A stretch of 64,000 nt of DNA from an uncultured delta proteobacterium (GTDB lineage Bacteria > Myxococcota > UBA727 > VGSZ01), in assembly GCA_963775425.1 (NCBI GenBank), contig CAVZJB010000016.1, forward strand, positions 640,001 through 704,000, read 5' to 3'. Position 1 is the stretch's first letter. Every line of letters starts with the position of its first letter. This document shows, piece by piece, positions 1 through 9,888 of this stretch. The position numbers and the translations under genes were made by a program. The notes under the pieces were generated by a model. It was given only the letters and a program-made list of their open reading frames with translations, made no database searches and was not told the DNA's origin.

Positions 1-747
1 CGGAACGGCGATCCGCATGGAGGCATCCTTGATGGACACCTCGACGACCTTGAGCGCGGAGACCGTTGCGTCGATGAAAACGAGCCCCTGATCGGGCACC
101 TGCAGGGGTTGGATGCGCAGGGGCTCCGCCCCGAAGAAGAAGGTAAGCGTGTATTCGCCGCCGGGGATATCGGTGAGGGGGATCTCGTTGCCCTTCAACG
201 GCAACACCCGCCCCTGATCGAGCACCTTCACCGCCGCCGTCGCATACGGCATCTCGACGGTGGAGAGCGTCCGGTCGCCGGTGCGGAGGTTGGCGTCGGC
301 GGCGGCGCCGCCGGCGAGCTTGGCGAGCACGGAGCCGCCCTCGTCGACGATGGTGACGGTCTCGGCGTCGTGGTTTTCGATGTGGACGACGCCGGCCCGC
401 GGCATCACGAGGCTGCCGGGGAGGAAGCGCCGGCCCTCGAAGCGAATCGTGGGGGTGGGCACGTCCTCCTGGCGAATGCCGTCCCCCTCGAGCATCACCA
501 CGAGCGCCGGGGCGGGCTCGAGCAGCGGCCTGAGCGCCCGGCCCACGGGGCGGCGGACCAGGGCGCTGCCGCGCAGGGCCTTTTCCCGCGCCGGCGACAG
601 CGCGGCCGGCGACGTCAGCAGCTCCTGGGCGACGACGACGCGGCCGCGGACGCCCTTTTGCTTGTCGAAGGGGACGTCGTCGGCGCGCGCGGCGCCCGCC
701 AGAAACACGGTGGCGGCAAACAGGGCCGGCAGAAGGGTGCGGATCAT
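1..747 (-). CDS. secreted hypothetical protein, cupredoxin-like plus carboxypeptidase-regulatory-like segments (3' end outside window)
   Basis: Translated by hand from ATG 747: MIRTLLPALFAATVFLAGAARA signal peptide, RFLPGSLVMPRAGVVHIENHD, DIPGGEYTLTFF; frame open to position 1. Confidence 0.7.
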   Translation of the reverse strand, partial: MIRTLLPALFAATVFLAGAARADDVPFDKQKGVRGRVVVAQELLTSPAALSPAREKALRGSALVRRPVGRALRPLLEPAPALVVMLEGDGIRQEDVPTPTIRFEGRRFLPGSLVMPRAGVVHIENHDAETVTIVDEGGSVLAKLAGGAAADANLRTGDRTLSTVEMPYATAAVKVLDQGRVLPLKGNEIPLTDIPGGEYTLTFFFGAEPLRIQPLQVPDQGLVFIDATVSALKVVEVSIKDASMRIAVP

Positions 748-774
748 GACGGGCTACTCTATAGCGCACCGCCG

Positions 775-2085
775 ATGCGTAGCGCGGCCGCCCTCGGAAT
801 CTTCCTGCTCGGCGCGGCCCTGGTCGGCGCGCTGGTGCTCGGGGACCTCCGCGCCCACCCCGGCCAGGACGCCGTGCTCTTCGCCGTCGCGCTCGCTGCA
901 TGGGGGCTCGTGTGGCGGGCGGCTGCCGCGGGAGCGCCCGGCCTGCGCCGCCTGCTCCTGTTCGGGCTCCTCGGGGTCCGGGCGCTCGCCCTCGTCGGCG
1001 GGCCCACGCTCTCCGACGACGCCTTCCGCTACGTGCACGAGGGCCGCGCGCAGCGGCTGGGCCTGGCCGTCCCGTATTCGACCCCGCCGTCGGAGATCGT
1101 GCCGCCGCCCGACGACGGCACCACCGCACGGGTGAACCACAAGGACGTGCCCGCGGCGTACCCGCCGGGCGTGGAGCTGGTGCTGCTGGCGACGACGGCG
1201 CTCGGCGACGCCGTGGGGCACCCGCTGTTCCCGCTGCGGCTCTTCTTGTCGCTCGCCGACGCCGCCGTCGTGTTGATCCTCTGGCGGCGGCGCTCCGCGG
1301 CGTTCGCCATCTACGGGGCGCACCCGCTGCCGCTGCTCGAGGTGGCGCTCGGCGCGCACCTCGACGGCCTCGGCGTGTGTGCGCTCTTCGCCGCGCTCAG
1401 CGTCTCTCGTCCGCTGCTGCGCGGCGCGCTCCTCGGGCTCGGCGCGCACGTGAAGCCGGTGGCCCTCCTCGGCCTGTTGGCGTCGACGCGCAAGGACCTC
1501 GCGCGGACGGCGGCGGGGTGCGCCGTGGCGCTGGCGGCGCCGGTGGTGCCGTACGCGATCGTGAAGGCGCCGCTGTTCCGCGGGCTCCTCGAGTACGGGA
1601 CGCGCTGGCGGGCGGCGCCGTTTGTCTATGCGCTCCTCGAGGCGCCGCTGCGGCCGTTGTTCGACGCGCGGGCGGCGCGCGGGATCTACACGCACCTCGA
1701 CGCGTGGTTCCTCCCGCGGCCGGTGCTCGTCGACGCCGGCTTGGTCGCGCGCCTGGCCGCCGGGGCGCTGCTGTGCGTCGCGCTCGTCGTCATCGCGCGC
1801 GCGCGCGCGACGCCCGAGGCCAAGGTGGGCGCGGCGCTGTGCGCGCTGTTCCTGCTCGCGCCGACGGTGCACCCCTGGTACCTCGTCTGGATCGTCCCGT
1901 TCGCGGCGCTGTCGTCGTCGCGGGCGCTCTTGTTCTTCACCGCGGCGGCGCCGGTCCTGTACCAGCCGGTCTTCGCCTACGCCCGCGACGCCGGCTGGCA
2001 CGAGGACGTCTGGCCGCGCCTCCTCATGGTCGCCGCCCTCGCCGCCGGCGCGCTCGTCGACGCCCGACGACGCCTCGAGCCCTGA
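775..2085 (+). CDS. GT-C membrane glycosyltransferase (GT87/DUF2029-like)
   Basis: Many TM helices; LSDDAFRY, YPP, HLDG, PTVHPWYLVW motifs; ATG 775 preferred over the ORF-track start 109. Confidence 0.8.
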   Translation: MRSAAALGIFLLGAALVGALVLGDLRAHPGQDAVLFAVALAAWGLVWRAAAAGAPGLRRLLLFGLLGVRALALVGGPTLSDDAFRYVHEGRAQRLGLAVPYSTPPSEIVPPPDDGTTARVNHKDVPAAYPPGVELVLLATTALGDAVGHPLFPLRLFLSLADAAVVLILWRRRSAAFAIYGAHPLPLLEVALGAHLDGLGVCALFAALSVSRPLLRGALLGLGAHVKPVALLGLLASTRKDLARTAAGCAVALAAPVVPYAIVKAPLFRGLLEYGTRWRAAPFVYALLEAPLRPLFDARAARGIYTHLDAWFLPRPVLVDAGLVARLAAGALLCVALVVIARARATPEAKVGAALCALFLLAPTVHPWYLVWIVPFAALSSSRALLFFTAAAPVLYQPVFAYARDAGWHEDVWPRLLMVAALAAGALVDARRRLEP

Positions 2086-3464
2086 CGGCGCGCCCCGGTG
2101 ACGCCGACGAAGACGAGCGCGGCGCCGCACAGCCAGAGAAACGGCGTGCGCGCCGCGTGCCCCGCGCTGCACAGGTGCGCCGCCGCGGCGAGGTGCGCGG
2201 CGCCGACGACGGGCTCGAGCCACGGCGCGCGGCGGCGGCGCACGGGCGCCCCCTTCTTGGGCGTGCGGTGAAACGTGCGATCGCCCGCGTCGAGCGCGCC
2301 GGCGACGGCGGCGGCGCCGATGCGCAGCGAGAGCGCGCAGCACAGCGCCACCGCGCACGCCGCGTCGACGACGGCGCGCCGGCCCCGCCCGCGCAGGCCG
2401 AGCGCGAGCGACAGGAGCGCCGGCAACGCTGCGGCGGCGGGGAACCACGCGTCGCCGGCGAGGGCCGCGGCCGGAGCGGCGGCGACGGCGACGGCGAGCA
2501 GCGTGAAGCACAGGTTCTGGGTGAGCTTGAGCGCGACGTCCGCGCGCGCGAGCGCGCCCTTGGCCGGCCGCCCGAACGCCCGCGCCCGCGCCGTCTGCAG
2601 CGCGCCCTTGGCCCAGCGCTGCTGCTGCGCGATCCACGCGTCGACGTCGTCGGGCAGCTCCGCGGGCACGACGACGTCGGCGGCGTACGCGAAGCGCGCT
2701 CCTCTGCCCCACGCGCGCACCGAGAGGTCGAGGTCCTCCGTGAGGGTGCGCGCGTCCCAGCCGCCGGCGTCGACGATGGCCTGCTTGCGCCACACGCCCG
2801 CGGTTCCGTTGAAGCCGAAGAAGCGGCCTGCGGATGCGCGCCCCCGCTGCTCGACGGCGAAGTGCGCGTCGAGGAGCGCGGCCTGCGCACGGGTGAGGAG
2901 CGAGGCGTCGCGGTTTTCGTGTCCCCAGCGCGCCTGCACCATGTCCGCCCGCGCGAGGAGCGGCACCGTGCGCTCGAGGAAGTCGGGCGCCGGCGCGAAG
3001 TCGGCGTCGAAGATGGCGACGGAGTCGCCCTTGGCGAGCGCCAGCCCGTGCGCGAGCGCGCCCGCCTTGAACCCCTCGCGCGTCTCGCGCCGCACGTGGA
3101 GCACGTCGACGCCGCGGGCGCGCCAGCGGCGGACGGCCGCGGCGACGAGGGCCGTGGTCTCGTCGCTGCTGTCGTCGAGCACCTGCACCTCGACGGGCAC
3201 CCCCGGCGGCCGCAGCGCACACGCCGCGTCGACGACGCGCACGCACACACCGGGCTCGTTGAACAGCGGCACCTGGACGGTCACCGACCCGATGCCGGCC
3301 GGAGCGACGCCGGCCTCGCACGGGTCCGGCCGTCGCGCCCGCGCCAGGTCCACGAGCGTCACGGCGCGCTGCAGGGCCCACGCGGCGAGCGCGGCCAGGG
3401 CGGCGACGACGACCCCGTGCGCGGCGGCTTCGGCCACGAGCAACGCGTGCGCGAGCGGCGTCAG
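1977..3464 (-). CDS. GT2 glycosyltransferase, cellulose-synthase-like
   Basis: QVPLFNE, GFKAGAL, IFDADF, LTEDLD, QQQRW motifs; start uncertain (CTG 3464 overlapping the kinase stop, or TTG/GTG 7-9 codons downstream). Confidence 0.85.
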   Translation of the reverse strand: MTPLAHALLVAEAAAHGVVVAALAALAAWALQRAVTLVDLARARRPDPCEAGVAPAGIGSVTVQVPLFNEPGVCVRVVDAACALRPPGVPVEVQVLDDSSDETTALVAAAVRRWRARGVDVLHVRRETREGFKAGALAHGLALAKGDSVAIFDADFAPAPDFLERTVPLLARADMVQARWGHENRDASLLTRAQAALLDAHFAVEQRGRASAGRFFGFNGTAGVWRKQAIVDAGGWDARTLTEDLDLSVRAWGRGARFAYAADVVVPAELPDDVDAWIAQQQRWAKGALQTARARAFGRPAKGALARADVALKLTQNLCFTLLAVAVAAAPAAALAGDAWFPAAAALPALLSLALGLRGRGRRAVVDAACAVALCCALSLRIGAAAVAGALDAGDRTFHRTPKKGAPVRRRRAPWLEPVVGAAHLAAAAHLCSAGHAARTPFLWLCGAALVFVGVTGARRQGSRRRRASTSAPAARAATMRRRGQTSSCQPASRA

Positions 3465-5083
3465 AGTGCGCAGCCGCGGAGCAGCACCAGGCCCGCCACC
3501 GCCCCGACGAGGAGGGCGCCGGCCGACCAGTACAGCGCCGAGCGCTTGATGAACGGCGCCGCCGTCACCCACGCCGTCACCGCCGACGGCGCGCCCGGGA
3601 AAGAGGGCACCAGGAGCGGGGAGCCCGCCGCGGACCCGTCGCTGTCGAGCATGGCGCGGCGGTTGGTGGTGCCGGTCCCGCGCGCGCGGCCGATGACGGT
3701 GTCCTGCGCCGCCGTGCGCCGCAGCTCCGCCTCGATGGCGCGCAGGTCCTCGTCGAACTGCGCCGCCACCTGGTAGCGCTCGTCGGGGTTTCGCGCGAGC
3801 GCGCGCACGATGCAGCGGTCCACCGAGAGCGGCACGGGCACGCCCCGCTCCGTCGGCAGCGCGAAGCGGCCGAGCGGCAGGTCGCCCGTCAACAGCTCGT
3901 AGAGGATGACGCCGGCGGCGTAGAGGTCCGCGCGCTGGTCGACGCGCTTGGCGTCGGTGCGCTGCTCCGGCGCCATGTAGTTCACGGTGCCCATGGTCAT
4001 CCGGCTCTTGGTGAGGTTCGGATGGGGATCGTTGTTCTCGTCGAGCATCCCCGCGAGCCCGAAGTCCACGAGCACGAGCCGCTCTTCACCGTCCTCGTCG
4101 GGCCGGTGGACGAGGATGTTCTCGGGCTTCAGGTCTCTGTGGATGACGCCGCGGGCGTGCGCCGCCCCGAGACCCTGGATCATCAGGCGCGCGTAGCGCA
4201 GGGCGAGGTCCGGCGACAAAGCGCCCTTGTCGAGCGAGCGCCGCAGCGGCGGCCCCTCGACGAACTCCATGCAGATGTAGTGCGCCACCGAGCCGTCGGG
4301 CTGGCGCGCGGAGCCCGCGTCCATGACGGCGACGACGCCGGGGTGGTTCACCGCGCGCATCGCCGCGCCTTCGCGCTCGAAGCGCTGGATGAAGTCCTGC
4401 CGCGCCGCGAGCTCCGGCGCGAGGATCTTGATGGCGCTCGCGCGCCCCGTGGTGTGGCGCGCGCGGTACACGCGGCCCATGGCGCCTTTGCCGACGAGCT
4501 CGGTGACGTCGTATTCGGGGATGACGGGCAGCGGCTCGGACGGCGGCGGCGGACGCGCGGCCTCCGGCGCGCCCTGTGGCGGGGCCAGCGGCGAGCGCGC
4601 CCGCGGCTCCGCGCCCGCCTTCGCGGGCGGCCCGCCTTCGTGGGACCGGCGCGGCGCCGGCCGGCCGGGGTTGGTGGTGCCGGGCTCGTCGACGAGGACG
4701 CGGGTGTCGACGTGATCGGCGACGGGGGGGAGCGGCCGCGACAGCTCGAACGCGGCCGCGCCATCCGGTCGGCGCTCGGCCGCGGGCGCGTCGGGGCGAT
4801 CGTTGATGGGCGGCGCGTGCGGCAAGGACTCCGGGTCGGTGTCGCTCACCTCGCCCACCTCGGAGGGCTCCGGCGGCATCGACGCGCGGTCGCGGTACCT
4901 CTTGGCGAGCGCCGGGTGGATGCCGAGGCCGTCGACGTCGTCGCGCGTGCGCTTTGCCTCGACGACCGGGACGCGCGCGCGCGCCTTGGGGAAGCGGGTG
5001 TTGCAGCGGTCGCAGCGCAGGGGACCCCCGGGGGCCACCCCGGTGTCGTCCACCATCGCATCACACGCGGGGCAACGTTCCAT
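3461..5083 (-). CDS. Hanks-type Ser/Thr protein kinase with N-terminal zinc ribbon and C-terminal TM helix
   Basis: CPAC..CDRC; GKGAMGRV, AIK, HRDLKPEN, DFG, GTVNYMAPE. Confidence 0.93.
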   Translation of the reverse strand: MERCPACDAMVDDTGVAPGGPLRCDRCNTRFPKARARVPVVEAKRTRDDVDGLGIHPALAKRYRDRASMPPEPSEVGEVSDTDPESLPHAPPINDRPDAPAAERRPDGAAAFELSRPLPPVADHVDTRVLVDEPGTTNPGRPAPRRSHEGGPPAKAGAEPRARSPLAPPQGAPEAARPPPPSEPLPVIPEYDVTELVGKGAMGRVYRARHTTGRASAIKILAPELAARQDFIQRFEREGAAMRAVNHPGVVAVMDAGSARQPDGSVAHYICMEFVEGPPLRRSLDKGALSPDLALRYARLMIQGLGAAHARGVIHRDLKPENILVHRPDEDGEERLVLVDFGLAGMLDENNDPHPNLTKSRMTMGTVNYMAPEQRTDAKRVDQRADLYAAGVILYELLTGDLPLGRFALPTERGVPVPLSVDRCIVRALARNPDERYQVAAQFDEDLRAIEAELRRTAAQDTVIGRARGTGTTNRRAMLDSDGSAAGSPLLVPSFPGAPSAVTAWVTAAPFIKRSALYWSAGALLVGAVAGLVLLRGCAL

Positions 5084-5086
5084 GCG

Positions 5087-7030
5087 CTAGGGCCCCTCGC
5101 GGTCGGCGGGCGTTCTGTCCTGGAAGCTCGGCTCCCGCGGCACTTGCCACACCGGGACCGGCCGCGCGACCCCCTTCACCACCCGCGGCTCCAGCGCCTG
5201 CAGCGCCATCCCCGCGCGGCGGCACACCCGCTCGGTGCCCTCGTCGAGCAGGATCTGGGCGGGCTTGGCCTGGCCGCACAGCCGCGACGACAGGTTCACG
5301 GTGTCGCCGATGACCGTGAAGTCCTGGCGGCGGCGGGCGCCCATGGCGCCCGCGATCACCTTGCCGGTGGCGATGCCGTAGCCGGCCATCAGCGGGGCCT
5401 CGCCGCGGCGGACGCGGGCGGCGTTCACCACGCTCTCGAGCGTCGCCCGCATGCGCGTGGCCGCGCGCACCGCCAGGACGGGGTCGTCGGGGCCGGGCAT
5501 GGGCGTCCCCCAGACCGCCATGAGGCCGTCGCCGATGAACTTGTCGAGGGTGCCGCCCATCTCGAAGACGATCTCCACCATCGCCTCGAAGTACTCGTTG
5601 AGCATCGAGACGACGGCCTCGGGAGCGGCGCCGTCGGAGATGGTGGTGAAGCCGCGGATGTCGCTGAACAGCACCGTGGCCTGGACCTTGTCGCCGGTCT
5701 TGTGGACGTTGAGCTCGTTGCTGACGACCTTCTCGACGAGGGCGGGCGACAGGAAGCGGCTGAGCTCCGCGCGCTGCGCCGCGTCCTCCTCCACCTTGCG
5801 CAGCAGGCGCGCGTTGGCGACGGCGAGCGCGGCAGGCTGCGAGATGGCGCGCAACAGCGCGAGGTCCTTCTCCTCGTACGCGCCCGCCGCCGACGACGAC
5901 GACAGGTGCATCACGCCGAGCACCTCGCCCTGCATCAGGAGCGGCACGCACAGCGCCGAGCGAATCATCTGGCCGACGACGGTCTCGCTGCGCCGCAACT
6001 GGAGGTCTCGCTGCGCGTCCGACGTCAGCAAGCCGCGCCGCGTCTGCACCACGCGCTCGACGATGGCGCGCGGGATGCGCACCTCGTGGCCGCGATCCGC
6101 CCACGACGCGAGCGTCACCAGCTCGTTGCCGCCGCGCGCGGCGAGCGCGGGGTCGCGGAGCATGACGACGATGGTGTCCGCGGGCAGGACGTCGCGGATG
6201 CCCTCGACCATGCGCGCGCCGAGCTGCGCGAGGTCCGTCTCGAGGCCGATGGCGTTGCTGATGTTGTACGCGACGCGCAGGCGCTCGTAGTCGCGCTTGA
6301 GCTGGCGGTCGTCGCGCACGGACTCCGCGGGCCGGAAGTCCGGCTCCATCGGCTGCGCGAACACGCTCTCGTTCTCGTTGGAGATCTCGGGGACGAGCGT
6401 CACGGTGGTGCGCTCGATGCTCTCCTCTTCGGCGGGCCGCCGCGGCGTCGTCGTCAGGGAGATGGAGCGGAACGCGAGCGACGGGTCGCTGCGCTTGGCC
6501 TCATGGATGCTCTCGATGCGCCGCGCGTTCGGATCCGACGGCGGCGGCCGCTTGGGCAGCTCGAGCCGGAAGCGCAGCACGCTGTTGCCGACGACGATGA
6601 CGTCGTTGTCGGCGAGCTTGGCGCGCGCCTGGCGCATGCCGTTGATGAGGGTGCCGTTGGCCGAGCCGAGGTCCTCGAGGATGAAGCCCTCCTTGAGGCG
6701 GCGCACCACGAGGTGGGCCTTGCTGACCTCGGGGTCGAGGAGCTGGATGTCGTTGTCGGTGTGGCGGCCGATGGTGGTGGTCTCGCGCAGGATGCGCGTG
6801 TGGGCGGTGCCGTCGGGCGCGACGTACTCGAGCCGCGCCTGCTCGAGCATGGGGTGCGAGCCGCTGTCGATGGGGTCGCCGGTGGTGGGGCTCGTGCGGA
6901 TGGCGACGGCGGCCTGCTCGAGCTCGGACGGACCGGTGGCCGGATGGTCGACGTCCACGTCGTTGAAGAGCGAGTCGAGCGCCCCCGCCTCCATATTGTC
7001 CGTCGTGGGCCCGACCCTTTTCGTCGCCAT
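5087..7030 (-). CDS. FHA-GAF-class III adenylate cyclase
   Basis: FHA (IGRH..VSKAH..DLGSANGT), GAF (SALCVPL), cyclase (FSDIRGFT, DKFIGD, FTVIGDTVNLSSR). Confidence 0.93.
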   Translation of the reverse strand: MATKRVGPTTDNMEAGALDSLFNDVDVDHPATGPSELEQAAVAIRTSPTTGDPIDSGSHPMLEQARLEYVAPDGTAHTRILRETTTIGRHTDNDIQLLDPEVSKAHLVVRRLKEGFILEDLGSANGTLINGMRQARAKLADNDVIVVGNSVLRFRLELPKRPPPSDPNARRIESIHEAKRSDPSLAFRSISLTTTPRRPAEEESIERTTVTLVPEISNENESVFAQPMEPDFRPAESVRDDRQLKRDYERLRVAYNISNAIGLETDLAQLGARMVEGIRDVLPADTIVVMLRDPALAARGGNELVTLASWADRGHEVRIPRAIVERVVQTRRGLLTSDAQRDLQLRRSETVVGQMIRSALCVPLLMQGEVLGVMHLSSSSAAGAYEEKDLALLRAISQPAALAVANARLLRKVEEDAAQRAELSRFLSPALVEKVVSNELNVHKTGDKVQATVLFSDIRGFTTISDGAAPEAVVSMLNEYFEAMVEIVFEMGGTLDKFIGDGLMAVWGTPMPGPDDPVLAVRAATRMRATLESVVNAARVRRGEAPLMAGYGIATGKVIAGAMGARRRQDFTVIGDTVNLSSRLCGQAKPAQILLDEGTERVCRRAGMALQALEPRVVKGVARPVPVWQVPREPSFQDRTPADREGP

Positions 7031-7117
7031 CCGTCGCCCCGTGGAGCGACAGTGCTACCACCGGCGCCCCAGGCGCACAAACTTGCGACCCCGTGTGTGC
7101 TTGTCACACCGCCGAGG

Positions 7118-7867
7118 CTAGCGGCGCGCGAAGCGGACGTTGCCGCCGCGCTGCTGCTGCATCACCATCGGGTGCTGCTCGAGCTGGAGCGAGTACCAGA
7201 CCTCGCCGTAGCCCTTCATCTTCATCTTCTTGTCGTTCTGCAGGGCGAGCAGGTTCGCGGTGAGGTGCGGGTCCGTCTCGCCGAGGACCTCCTTGCCGCG
7301 CGCGAGGACCTCGATGGCCTTCTTGCTGTCGCCGGCCTTCCAGTGCAGCCAGGCCCACGTGGAGTACAGCAGGCCTTGCTTGGAGGAGTAGCGGGCGACG
7401 CGGTCGAGGAGCTTGTCGACGGCCGCGAGATCCCCGGCCTTCTTGTTCTTCGCCGCCCCGACCTCGCCCGACAGCAGGCACGCGAGCATGAGCTTGGCAT
7501 CCCACATGCGGACGAAAGCCTTGTCGAGGTAGGGCCGCGCCTTTTCGAAGTCCTTCTTCAGGTAGTAGATGGAGCCGATCTGCCCGTCGAGCTGCGACCC
7601 GAGCAGGAAGATCATCTTGGCGTACTTCTTCTTGAGCACCTGGAGCAGCGCCAGCGCGCCGTCGATGTTGCGGTTGGCGAGGAGCGCCTGCAGCCCGCCC
7701 ATCTCTCGCTGGAGCCGGTTGTTCAGCGTGCGCACGAGCAGGAAGTACACGCCGACGCCGACGGCCAACGCGGGCAGGATGGCGCCGATGACCCCGACGA
7801 ACGGGATGAACGACGCCCCCACTCCGACGACGAGCGCGGCGGCGAGGGCATAAAGGACGACGAGCAT
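7118..7867 (-). CDS. membrane protein with TPR-like helices
   Basis: Two N-terminal TM helices then IGSIYYLKKDFEKARPYL-type TPR helices; native codon usage. Confidence 0.8.
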   Translation of the reverse strand: MLVVLYALAAALVVGVGASFIPFVGVIGAILPALAVGVGVYFLLVRTLNNRLQREMGGLQALLANRNIDGALALLQVLKKKYAKMIFLLGSQLDGQIGSIYYLKKDFEKARPYLDKAFVRMWDAKLMLACLLSGEVGAAKNKKAGDLAAVDKLLDRVARYSSKQGLLYSTWAWLHWKAGDSKKAIEVLARGKEVLGETDPHLTANLLALQNDKKMKMKGYGEVWYSLQLEQHPMVMQQQRGGNVRFARR

Positions 7868-7876
7868 GACGTCGGA

Positions 7877-8560
7877 CTAACGGCTCCCCTCGGCCCTCGC
7901 AATGGAGTCGAGGAACGCCACGCTCTTGAGCGGGGGACCGCCCTGGCGCTTGAGGTGGGCGGCGAACACGCGGCTCACGGTCCGGAGCATCGCGGGGTCT
8001 ACGGCTGGCAGGTCCGACAGCGCCGCCGTGAGCAGGGACGCGGCCGGCGCCCGGGCCTCGTCCGGCAGCTCGTCGGTGTCCCGCAGGTCCGGCAGGTAGC
8101 CCACGAGCAGGAGGAGCTTGAGCTCGAGCGCCCGCAGGAGCACCGGCGACGGGCCGGCGCGCGCGATGCGCAGCAGCGCCTCGAACACGAGGGCGAACGC
8201 CTCGGGGGCCGGCTCGTGCTCGGGGAACATGCGCTCCACGAGCTCGGCGAGGTAGCTGGCGTGCGCCAGCCCGCGCAGGTCGGCGGCGAGCCCGAGCACG
8301 GCCGGCTCGACGTCGAGCTCGCGCATGTCGAACAGGTCGGCGGCGTGGCGCGGGGACAACGCCGCGCGCCCGAGCGACGGCGCGAACAGGCCCGGGAACC
8401 GCTTCTTCGACGCCCGGGCCCCGCGCGCGAACGCGCCGATGCGCCCGCGCTCGCGCGAGAACAGGCGCACCACGAGGTCGGTGTCCCCGTAGGGCACGGC
8501 TGCGGTGATGACGACGTCGTCGAACGAGGCGAACGTGGCGGCGGCGCCGCGCGCCCGCAT
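7877..8560 (-). CDS. recO: DNA repair protein RecO
   Basis: YGDTDLVVRLFSRERGRIGAFARGARASKKRF, ELKLLLLVGYLPDL, LKSVAFL. Confidence 0.92.
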   Translation of the reverse strand: MRARGAAATFASFDDVVITAAVPYGDTDLVVRLFSRERGRIGAFARGARASKKRFPGLFAPSLGRAALSPRHAADLFDMRELDVEPAVLGLAADLRGLAHASYLAELVERMFPEHEPAPEAFALVFEALLRIARAGPSPVLLRALELKLLLLVGYLPDLRDTDELPDEARAPAASLLTAALSDLPAVDPAMLRTVSRVFAAHLKRQGGPPLKSVAFLDSIARAEGSR

Positions 8561-8565
8561 CGCGC

Positions 8566-9408
8566 TCACTCCCCGGATTGGAGGGCGCGCATCTGCTCGT
8601 CGCACTCCTTGGCCGCGGGCTCCCCGGGGAAGCGCGTCGCGCACTGCTTGAACGCGTCGACGGCGCCGTCTCTCGAGCCGGTGCGCAGGCGCGACTTGCC
8701 GAGCTCGAGGTACGCGGGGGCGAGGAGGCGGGAGCCGGCGGCGGCGCGGAGGCGGTCGCTGTCGCAGCGCGTGAGGAAGTCGGAGAGCACCTTCTGCACG
8801 CGGGTGTCGTCGCCCTTCTGGATCTCCACCTCGGCGAGCTTGACGTAGCAGCCGCACAGGTCGGGCTGCGCCACGAGCGCGCGCTGGAAGTGCTGCGCGG
8901 CCTCGTCCTGGCGCCCGAGCTTGAACAGCGCTTCGCCCATGCCCTGCTCCGCGTAGTACGGCGTCGCGTACAGGAGGTTCGTGCGCGCCTTGTCGAAGTG
9001 CGGGAGCGCCTCCTGCGGGCGGCCCGCGTCGACGAGCACGGCGCCCATCAGGTTCTCCGCCTCGGGGTACTCCTCCTGGCGCTCCTGCTGGCGCAGCGTG
9101 ATCGCGGTCTGCAGGTTCTTGAGCGCCTCGTCGTGGCGGCCGAAGCCGATGAAGTAGACGTACGCGAGCAGGTAGCGCCCGTCCGAGTCCATGGCGCCGC
9201 CCTTCTCCGCCTCGAGCAGCTCCCGCAGCGCCTCGCGGAACTTGCCGTCCTGGGTGGTGCTGTCGCCGGCGGCGCCGGCCTTGTCGGCCTCGTGCACGAG
9301 GGCGAGCGCCACCTCGCGGTGGCCGTCGGCGGCGCGCTTCTCCTCCGCGGAGGGCGTGGCGCAGCCGGCGGCGACGAGGACGGCGAGGAGGAGCGAAGGC
9401 AGGCGCAT
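8566..9408 (-). CDS. tgl: TPR lipoprotein, Tgl/PilF-type type IV pilus pilotin
   Basis: Lipobox AAGC, TPR repeats (YPEAENLMG, NLLYATPYYA), paired Cys; position upstream of recO as I recall for Myxococcus. Confidence 0.75.
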   Translation of the reverse strand: MRLPSLLLAVLVAAGCATPSAEEKRAADGHREVALALVHEADKAGAAGDSTTQDGKFREALRELLEAEKGGAMDSDGRYLLAYVYFIGFGRHDEALKNLQTAITLRQQERQEEYPEAENLMGAVLVDAGRPQEALPHFDKARTNLLYATPYYAEQGMGEALFKLGRQDEAAQHFQRALVAQPDLCGCYVKLAEVEIQKGDDTRVQKVLSDFLTRCDSDRLRAAAGSRLLAPAYLELGKSRLRTGSRDGAVDAFKQCATRFPGEPAAKECDEQMRALQSGE

Positions 9409-9417
9409 GGCGGCCTT

Positions 9418-9888
9418 CTAGAACGACGACAGGAGCCGCGCCACCAGCAGGCTCTCACTTTGCTGCGACACCCCGGCCATCACCGGCTGGGTCCGGCGGC
9501 GCGGGTGTTGATCGCGGAAGAACGGGAACTGCTCGACCATCTGCGCCTGCACCTCGGGCGGCTGTGCGCGGAAGTTGGTGTTGTCGAGCATGAAGCCCAT
9601 GGACTCCGCGAACTGGATGGCTTCGCTCTCGAGCGCGCCATACTGATCGAACGCCACTTCCGGCGGGTTCGAGATGTAGACAACAGGGATATTGTTATCG
9701 AGGAACAAAAGATAACAAAAAATCCCGTAGCCGCCGGCGGGGGTGGCGACGCCGACCAGGTACGCCTTCGTGGGCTCGGTGCCGAGCTCGGGGATGGAGA
9801 TGTTCGGCGTGTTGATGGACTCGATGACAGCGACGACGCGCTCGGGCCCGATCCCCAGCGACAGCCGGCCCGGCAGATGCGTGAACAT
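9418..9888 (-). CDS. conserved myxobacterial protein encoded upstream of tgl
   Basis: SINTPNISIP and EAIQFAESMGFMLDNTNFR resemble the Myxococcus tgl-upstream ORF (recalled similarity). Confidence 0.75.
   Translation of the reverse strand: MFTHLPGRLSLGIGPERVVAVIESINTPNISIPELGTEPTKAYLVGVATPAGGYGIFCYLLFLDNNIPVVYISNPPEVAFDQYGALESEAIQFAESMGFMLDNTNFRAQPPEVQAQMVEQFPFFRDQHPRRRTQPVMAGVSQQSESLLVARLLSSF

Noticed and set aside
109-774. N-terminal extension of the GT87 ORF
   Set aside because: Antisense to the real gene at 1-747; hydrophobic GT-C sequence begins at ATG 775
1977-2085. 109-bp convergent overlap of the GT2 and GT87 3' ends
   Set aside because: The GT2 tail is low-information read-through typical of stop-poor high-GC DNA
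4022-8848. Very long antisense or alternate-frame ORFs (4022-8848, 48919-53139, 38789-42022, 18904-22278 and others)
   Set aside because: They are shadows of high-GC3 genes: Arg/Ala/Gly-rich, without motifs, and they overlap clearly identified genes
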